16,632 nucleotides of DNA from Azolla caroliniana (taxonomy: Eukaryota > Plantae > Polypodiophyta). The notes under the pieces are model-generated. The model did no database searches, was not told the origin of the DNA, and saw nothing but the letters and a program-made list of their open reading frames with translations. Below, piece by piece: positions 9,536 through 16,632 of the stretch (positions within the stretch are counted from its first letter, which is position 1; each line of letters begins with the position of its first letter). The position numbers and the translations under genes are program-made. The stretch covers positions 1 to 16,632 of the forward strand of contig JBHGNT010000733.1 of the NCBI GenBank assembly GCA_043228905.1. The letters are read 5' to 3'.

Positions 9536-10440
9536 CTTAGCTAACTAGCTATTCTTCTAGACTATGACAGTAGCTAATTAGCTACCATTGAGCTAATTAG
9601 CTACTTCGCCTAGGTATGGTACAAGTTAATTAGCTACTACACTACAACCTAGTACCAACTAATTAGCCACTATAACTAAAGTATGGTAGTAGCTAATTAG
9701 CTACCACTTAGCTAATTCGCTACTACACTACAACCTGGTACTAGTTAATTAGCCACTATAACTAAAGTATGGTAGTAGCTAATTAGCTACCACTTAGCTA
9801 ATTAGTTATTGTACTAAACTATGGTAGCAGCTAATTAGCTACTCTACTAAACTATGGTAATAGCTAATTAGCTACCACTTAGCTAATTCGCTACTCAACT
9901 AAAGTATGGTATTCGCTAATTAGCTACTATACTAAAGTATGGTATTAGCTAATTAGCCATTATAACTAAAGTATGGTAGTAGCTAATTCTCCCACTTAGC
10001 TAATTAGCTACTATACTAAACTATGGAAATACCTAATTAGCTATGTGCTAGCTAATTAGCTACTGTACGAAACTATGGAAATACCTAATTAGCTATGTGG
10101 TACCTAATTACCTACTTAGCTAACGTATGGTAGTAGCTAGTTAGCTACCACTTAGATAATTACCTATTGTACTAAACTATGATAATAGCTAATTAGCTAC
10201 CACTTACATAATGAGTTACTCAGCTAAAGTATGGTATTCGCTAGTTAGCCACCACTTAGCTAATTTGCTACTATACTAAAGTATGGTACTATCTAATTAG
10301 CTACTATACTAAACTATAGTAATACCTTATTAGCTATGTCGTAGTAGCTAGTTAGCTACCACTTAGCTAATTACCTATTGTACTAAACTATGGTAGTAGC
10401 TAATTAGCTACACTTACATAATTAGCTACTCAGCTATAGT
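9520..10440. repeat. Degenerate tandem array of palindromic TAGCTAATTAGCTA units with TACTAAA(G/C)TATGG spacers
   Basis: Dozens of AGCTAATTAGCT variants; perfect 16-bp palindrome GTAGCTAATTAGCTAC, e.g. 9689-9704; 86-bp higher-order duplication starting at 9635 and 9721. Confidence 0.93.
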
Positions 10441-10569
10441 AAGGTCTCCCTCTCTTCGTCGATCGCGCCTCTCCTCTTCGCGATCCCGTCCTACAGATCT
10501 AGCATTGGCCGCGCCGCAGGCGGCTAGCATGATAACCGCCATGAGGAATATGATAGTGAGCTTCGCCAT
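10441..10569 (-). pseudogene. 5' stub of a second 2S-albumin-like gene copy (signal peptide plus start of repeats), truncated at the palindromic array
   Basis: ATG at 10569: MAKLTIIFLMAVIMLAACGAANARSVGRDREEERRDRRREGDL, then runs into the array. Near-identical to the N-terminus starting at 12686. Confidence 0.8.
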
Positions 10570-10946
10570 TGCTTGTGTTCGGAACTACCCCGGTTCTCTC
10601 TCCGCCTATTTGAGTGTGTCATGGTTGATCCACCCTTATATACACAAGGCCATGCATGTCTAGTAGATGCATGTCCCTTCCCACGTCCATTCCTATGGAT
10701 GTTAATTGCATGATCCATACTTGGGCCACGGAAGAGACCATTCATTTTTCACCACCCCCCTTTATGTGTCCAGGATCCTCCTCCTTCGACCTACCATATC
10801 ACTAGCCACATACTCACCTCCATCACACCAGGAGTGGGATTATGCACTTGGGCATTTCAAATCTACTAACCTATGGACGCTTCGTCCATATTGCAACGTA
10901 GACAATATGTAACCTCAGGATAGCCACCTACACATGTGATGCCATT
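10459..10946. repeat. Direct repeat copy A (promoter plus 5' coding part of the 2S-like gene); partner is 12576-13049
   Basis: Colinear, highly similar ~480-bp segments; the two ATGs are 2117 bp apart. Confidence 0.93.
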
Positions 10947-11451
10947 GAGGTTCTAGAGTACGTATCGGCCTCGTAAAACAAGGATAAGGTGGTGAGAAAA
11001 GGTTTTTAGGGTGTTGGTTCTCTCCACGAATACGTTTTTGACGGTTGTGGCCATGAGGGAGTTTAGAATCGATTGTGACCAGCATACGGACGATGACACA
11101 CGTTTTCATTGTGATTACAAGATCCATCGTCGCTATGGATGCTACAACACCTGAGGAATATGAAGGTGACACCATTAAAGGACAACATTTCTAGGTGAAA
11201 CGTGCGTGGGCTAGTGCACACGATGATGAAAATGGTAGATAGACATGGGAATGTCATGTGGAATCATATTCGTAGTAGGAGTTACAATCAGCCACTACTA
11301 TTGCGCACATCATGGTACGGCGAGACACGACATTGTATGAGGGTGGCTTCAATACAACATTGTGATGGCATCGACGTTTGACGAGTTTCGCGTTGCTCGT
11401 GAGAGAGATAGCGATAGATCAATAGAGATAGATATAGGTAGGGTGGGACTG

Positions 11452-11600
11452 GGTAGTGTGTGTGTGGGCATGCTACCTAATCATGTGTGCGTGAGAAACC
11501 GTGCGTGTGGAGTTTCATTTTGCTTGTGCAATGAGCGAGCGAGGGCACACGACTTGATCGTGTGTGTGTGCATGCATGCGTGTGTGTGTGTTGTGCGCGA
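11452..11600. repeat. Imperfect (TG)n microsatellite-rich tract
   Basis: Several GTGTGTGT runs, including TGTGTGTGTGCATGCATGCGTGTGTGTGTG. Confidence 0.75.
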
Positions 11601-11707
11601 GCATGGGAAAAATATGATTGAGAGGGTTATGAGAATGTCCAGACATCACAAAGCACACCATTTAAGATGTTCAGAAAGTGTATAGTTGAAAAAGTTATGT
11701 ACGTTCT

Positions 11708-12686
11708 TTAAAAGTGGCGAATACAAGCGTGTGGGCGAAGATCACATTGTTGGAGAAGGCGAGAGGTTGCCATGCTTAGAAGTTGTTCCTCCTCATCGGC
11801 CTTGAAACGACGACGTTGTTCCTCATCTTGTCGTCCGGTCATGCGATAACGACGCTCGTCCTCCTCGCGCCTACTACTGTCTCTCTCTCCTTGGCATCCT
11901 CTTCCCATTGACGACGTTCCCTGGACACTTGGCTCTGGCGGTGACCATCATGGCGTGCCTCTTCTCCGCTAATGTATAAGGCTTCGCGGAGCCGGTTGCA
12001 ACGCTCTTCTACGGGGATTTGTTCTACGTTCCTTGTAGCATATTTCGGAGGGCCTTGCATATCGGCTGATTTCATCCCAAGAGGTGCGACGGCTTCGTCC
12101 ACGTTCTTCCTTATCATTACGTTCTTGTAGGTGGCTGACTTGCCTATCGACGAAGTTTTGGCACTCTTGCCTCAACTCTCGGTCTCGTGGCTCATCGCGA
12201 TCGCGACTACGAGGATCCCGATCCTCTTCTGACTCTCTCCTATTGTCTCTGCGACGTCCTTCTTCGAGGGATCCTTCACGACGTCGGTCGCGCCTCTCGT
12301 CACGTGACTCATCATGATCATGACTGCGATGATCCCGTTCCTCTTTGGACTCTCTCTTGTTGTCTCCGTAGTGCCCCTCCTCGATGGACCCCTCGCGACG
12401 TCCCCCGTGCCTCTCCTCATCGAAATCCTCCTCCTTGCATTGATCACGACTGCGACGATCCCGGTCCTCATCCAACTCTCTCTTGTTGTCTCTGTAGTGC
12501 CTCTCATCGATGGACATCGATGGATCCCTCACGGCATCCGCCACGCCTCTCCTCTTCGACATCCTCCTCCCTACATCGATCACGTCTCTCCTCTTCCTGA
12601 TCCCGTCCTACAGATCTAGTATTGGCCGCACCGCAGGCGGCTAGCATGATAACCGCCATGAGGAATATGATAGTGAGCTTTGCCAT
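11708..12686 (-). pseudogene. Secreted 2S-albumin-like (prolamin superfamily) storage-protein pseudogene with an R/E/D-rich repeat extension
   Basis: Four overlapping ORFs join into ~321 aa after removing a 10-bp duplication (12505-12524), a 1-bp insertion (~12027) and a 2-bp (GA)n slip (~11880-11890). The result has signal peptide MAKLTIIFLMAVIMLAACGAA, charged repeats, then ECQNFV..RPSEICYKELEQIPVEERC..EEEQLLSMATSRLLQQCDLRPHACIRHF. Intronless. Confidence 0.72.
12170..12582 (-). repeat. Three and a bit coding tandem repeats (~117-126 bp; 39-42 aa)
   Basis: DRCREEDVEEERRGGCREGSIDERHYRDNKRELDEDRDRRSR / DQCKEEDFDEERHGGRREGSIEEGHYGDNKRESKEERDHRSH / DHDESRDERRDRRREGSLEEGRRRDNRRESEEDRDPRSR. Confidence 0.88.
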
Positions 12687-13049
12687 TGCTTGTGTTCGGA
12701 ACTACCCCGGTTCTCTCTCCGCCTATTTGAGTGTGTCATGGTTGATCCACCCTTATATACACAAGGCCATGCATGTCCCTTCCCACGTCCATTCCTATGG
12801 ACGTTAATGGCATGATCTATACTTGGGCCACGGAAGAGACCATTCACTTTTCACCACCCCCCTTTACGTGTCCAGGATCCTCCTCTTTCGACCTACCATA
12901 TCACTAGCCCTATACTCACCTCCATCACACCAAGAGTGGGATTATGCACTTGGGCATTTTAAAATCTACTAACCTATGGACACTTCGTCCATATTGCAAC
13001 GTAGACAGTATGTAACCTCATGATAGCCACCTACACATGTGATGCCATT
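12576..13049. repeat. Direct repeat copy B (5' coding part plus promoter), cut off by element 2 at 13049
   Basis: Aligns with 10459-10946. Similarity stops at GATGCCATT, exactly where TGTCATGG begins. Confidence 0.92.
12753..12872 (-). promoter_or_regulatory. TATA, RY and ABRE promoter of the 2S-like gene
   Basis: TATATAA (12759-12753, ~67 nt upstream of the ATG), RY element CATGCATG (12768-12775), ABRE cores ACGTGG (minus, 12788-12783) and ACGTGTC (12866-12872). TATA, RY and the first ABRE are conserved in copy A. Confidence 0.75.
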
Positions 13050-13212
13050 TGTCATGGCGACATACATTTTGGCCTTACAAGGATTCGAGCCCAAGACATC
13101 TTGGTCTATATGTTAGACCTTTAACCATTATACTAACATATATGATGTATAATTATAATAAATGTATTAGTTATTACAAGACATTTAGAGTATTCTAGAA
13201 CATTTAGAGTAC
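13050..13212 (+). repeat. Truncated 5' LTR (U3 start) of element 2
   Basis: Starts TGTCATGG; ACATTTAGAGTA repeated at 13181-13192 and 13200-13211; carries a tRNA-like module like the solo LTR. The partner LTR is outside the window. Confidence 0.6.
13077..13137 (-). other. tRNA-like Pol III internal promoter module (A box and B box) in the element 2 LTR
   Basis: Minus strand TAGTATAATGG (13135-13125) and GGCTCGAATCC (13091-13081), 33 nt apart. Confidence 0.6.
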
Positions 13213-16200
13213 TCTTGTTTCATGGATCGTGAGTTTGCTGTAATGCATAATATTCAGTTACATAAGCTCCCAAGCATAGTGTCAGTTGGAGTCATTGATG
13301 GACGCCCCATAGCATCAGGTGATATAGTTGAAGAGTCTGAACCAATTCATGTAGTCCTAGGCAATTTGGCTAGTGTCATCCCATTCAACATCATTAGTAG
13401 TCAAGAGCACTTCCTAGTTCTTGGTCTTCCATGGTTTGAGCTACATAACCCAACTATTGATTGGAGAAAAAGAACCATTGATGAAGTCACAATACAGTCT
13501 GAGCCTCTTAAAACTCCAACAAAGGATATGACATTGCAAAAGATTTCGACAATCTCTATACATCAATTACGTGAGGAAGGACAGAAGGAAGACATGTTGG
13601 TGTTCGCAGTTTTAGCAACTCCCACATCAAACTCACAAGAATCGGGGGTCCAACTACCGAAGAAATATATAGAATTTTCCGATGTTTTTGATAAGGTGAA
13701 GGCCAATAGACTACCAGAGCATCGACCATATGATTGCCCGATTGATTTGTAGCCCGGAAAAGAGCCTCCATGGGGGCCAATTTATAACCTTTCACCCACG
13801 GAGTTAGCGGTTCTTCGAGAATATATCGATGAGAACTTGGCGAATGGGTTTATCCAGCATTTAAGATCTCCTACCGGTGCACCCATATTTTTCGTTAAGA
13901 AGAAAGATGGTTCGCTTCGTCTGGTCGTGGATTATCGAGGATTGAATAAAGTAACTATTCGAAACCGATATGCTCTACCATTGATTGCAAGCCTTCTGGA
14001 ACGCCTCAATGGAACTAAGTATTTCACAAAGTTAGATCTTCGAGGTGCTTACAATCTTGTTCGAATTCGTCCTAGGGATGAATGGAAGACTGCTTTTCGT
14101 ACTCGCTATGGCCATTTTGAGTATACAGTGATGCCATTTGGTCTCATGAATGCACCAACAGTTTTCCAACATATGGCAAATGACATTTTTCAAGATTTCC
14201 TCGATATTTTCGTCATAATTTACCTAGATGATATCTTGATCTACTCAAAAACTCAAGAGGATCATGATATACACGTTCGACAAGCTTTGCAACGGTTGCG
14301 TGAATATGGTCTCTATGCAAAATTGGAGAAGTGCAGCTTTGACCAGCGTCAAGTGGAATTTTTGGGGTACATAGTCTCTTCACATGGCATCTCTATGGAC
14401 CCAGCAAAGGTTCAAACAGTTTTGGATTGGCAAACACCACAGTCTGTGTGAGATGTACAATGTTTTTTAGGGTTCGCAAACTTTTATCGCAAGCTCATCA
14501 AAGATTATTCAAAGATCGTATTGCCCCTCACTCAATTGACACAGAAGAATCAACCATTTGTGTGGAGTATAAATGCAAACTCTGCATTTGAAGGATTAAA
14601 GCAAGCATTTACATCCGCACCAATTTTGATGCATGTTGATCCATTGAAGCGCTTTATACTGGAAGCTGATGCATCTAACTTCGCACTAGGAAGCGTATTA
14701 TCCCAGATTAGCAATGATGGCCAACTGCACCCTGTGGCTTTTCATTCACGGAAATTCGAAGTTGCAGAAATCAACTATGAGATTCACGACAAAGAGCTTC
14801 TTGCCATTGTGGATTCTTTTCAACAATGGCGTCATTTTTTGGAGGGTTCATCTCAACAAATCATTGTCTATAATGATCACAAAAATCTAACGTACTTCCA
14901 AAGTGCTCGAGTCTTGAGTCGTGGACAAGCTCATTGGGCGCAGTTTTTAACTCGTTTTGATTTCGTAATTCTATATCGCCCTGGGACGCAACAAGGCAAA
15001 GCAGATGCTTTATCTCGGCGTTCATATATGGAACTTCAACCAGGAGAGGCCGCATTTGAAAGTCAGAAGCAAATCCTCTTGGTTCCTGACCGTCTACGAC
15101 TAATGGCTTTTCATGCTATAGACACACCCGAGGATTCAAGTCTTCTAGACTCCATTCGGGAGCATATTGAGACTGATGAATTCGCCCAAGATATTCTGAA
15201 CCATATTATCCCAGATCGTGCTTCTTGTTCACAATCTCAAAATCCTCATCAAGACTACAACCAGTTCAATTGGCATGATGGTTTACTTTTTCGACAAAAT
15301 CTCTTATATGTGCCTGATGGTCCTTCTCGACTCCAAGTCTTGCAACAATGTCATGATACACCAATGGCTGGACATTTTGGCATCCACAAGACTTTGGCAT
15401 TAATTTCTCGAAGGTATTGGTGGCCACGACTTCGCCATTTTGTTACAGATTATGTTCATAGTTGTGATACATGTTGCTGATCCAAAAAACCTCGACATCA
15501 TCTATATGGCTTATTACAGCCAATGCCTATTCTTGAGAGTCCATGGAAATCTATTTCATTGGACTTCATTACGGATCTACCACCTTCCAAGGGTTTTGAT
15601 TCTATTCTCACGGTAGTAGATCGTTTTACCAAGATGGCACATTTTCTTCCCTGCACAAAGGCCATTACGAGCCAAGAGACAGCCAAGTTACTCATGCGAG
15701 AGGTGTTTCGGCATCATGGTCTTCCTGATGATATTATCAGTGATCAGGGTCCCCAGTTCATCTCAAAATTTTGGCGGCACATGTTCAAACTCTTACATAC
15801 TTCTTGCAAACTCTCTTCCGGCTACCATCCTGAAACTAATGGACAGAGTGAGTACACCAACCAAATAGTAGAACAATATCGTCGTTGTTTTGTCAACTAT
15901 CAACAAGATGATTGGGTTGATCTATTACATTTGGTGGAATTTGCTTACAAAAACTCAGAACATTCTTCTACTGGATATTCCCCATTTTTTGCAAACATTG
16001 GGTACCATCCTCGTTGGACTATGCTTGAACATCCCGAACTCCTAACAAACCCAGATGCTGAAGATCGGCTCACTCGACTCCAAGAAGTTCAAGATATCCT
16101 TTTGCACCATTTATGTGATGCTCAAAACACTCAAAAGAAGGTTGTCGACCGTCATCGATGTGATTCATCAACTACGTTTCAAGTGGGGGTTCGAGTATGG

Positions 16201-16632
16201 CTTTTACAAGGTCGCATTAAAACAACTCGACCTTGTTGCAAATTGGATTATCAACGTTTTGGCCCATATGTGATATCTGGTAAGATCAATGATGTGGCAT
16301 TTCGCCTTGATCTTCCCCCTCATATGCATCTTCACACAGTCTTCCATGTTTCATTTTTGGAGTCGTACACAACCAGCTCTATTCCAGGCCGTCTTACATC
16401 TCCCCCACCTCCAATCGAAGTTTCGGATGGCTCCGAATATGAAGTTGCTGCCATTCTCGACTCCAAGATCGTTCGCAACAAACTGTATTATTTGGTTGAC
16501 TGGTTAGGTTATACACCTAATGATCGAACATGGGAACCTCTTGAGAATCTTCCTAATGCCTCCGAAATGGTTGCTGCATTTCACAACAAATATCCTCATA
16601 AGCCAAGTCCGAAATCTTGTCTTCCGACTCGT
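13213..16632 (+). pseudogene. pol: pol of element 2 (partial protease, RT, RNase H, integrase, classical chromodomain)
   Basis: Single frame with 3 stops (13750-52, 14449-51, 15478-80). Motifs: [75 protein letters not shown], and chromodomain EYEVAAILDSK..YYLVDWLGY..RTWEP (~16435-16590). Confidence 0.95.

Larger units (their letters stand above)
13050..16632 (+). mobile_element. Second Ty3/Gypsy chromovirus (Tcn1/fungal-chromovirus-like), internally deleted, running off the window
   Basis: TG start exactly at the breakpoint of direct repeat B. About 160 bp of AT-rich LTR-like sequence is fused directly to mid-protease, followed by RT-RH-IN-chromodomain. Confidence 0.88.

Noticed and set aside
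9520-10440. CRISPR array
   Set aside because: Units are degenerate and the intervening sequences are themselves repeats, not unique spacers. The context is eukaryotic and there are no cas genes.
11362-11685. 107-aa Cys/Val-rich ORF
   Set aside because: Translation artefact of (TG)n/(GA)n microsatellite sequence.
12084-12807. Plus-strand Ser/Arg-rich or hydrophobic ORFs (SR protein, membrane protein)
   Set aside because: Antisense shadows of the repetitive minus-strand gene, which has the signal peptide, TATA box and Cys pattern.
10459-13049. Direct repeats as LTRs of a TRIM/LARD element
   Set aside because: No TG..CA ends, PBS, PPT or TSD. The repeats contain a promoter and signal-peptide coding sequence, and their ends are set by neighbouring insertions.

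Overview
Eukaryotic nuclear DNA, most likely a non-seed land plant (moss, fern or lycophyte). This is inferred from the Tcn1/fungal-type chromovirus pol together with a plant tRNA-iMet-primed chromovirus. The window is a nest of decayed elements: (1) a full-length 7.9-kb Ty3/Gypsy chromovirus (1096-9001; 456-bp LTRs, CCCTT TSD, PBS, PPT, gag-PR-RT-RH-IN-chromodomain); (2) an 888-bp solo LTR inserted into its pol (5689-6576, ACGT TSD); (3) a minus-strand FCP1/NIF-like HAD phosphatase pseudogene split by element 1; (4) a ~900-bp palindromic TAGCTAATTAGCTA array that may be the subterminal region of a CACTA-like element; (5) a tandem pair of 2S-albumin-like storage-protein genes on the minus strand (one complete but triple-frameshifted, one 5' stub), with RY and ABRE promoter motifs and an R/E/D-rich repeat extension; (6) a second, internally deleted Tcn1-like chromovirus running off the right edge. 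The most interesting signals are the hidden 2S-albumin-like locus and the antisense tRNA-like Pol III A/B-box modules inside two different LTRs.
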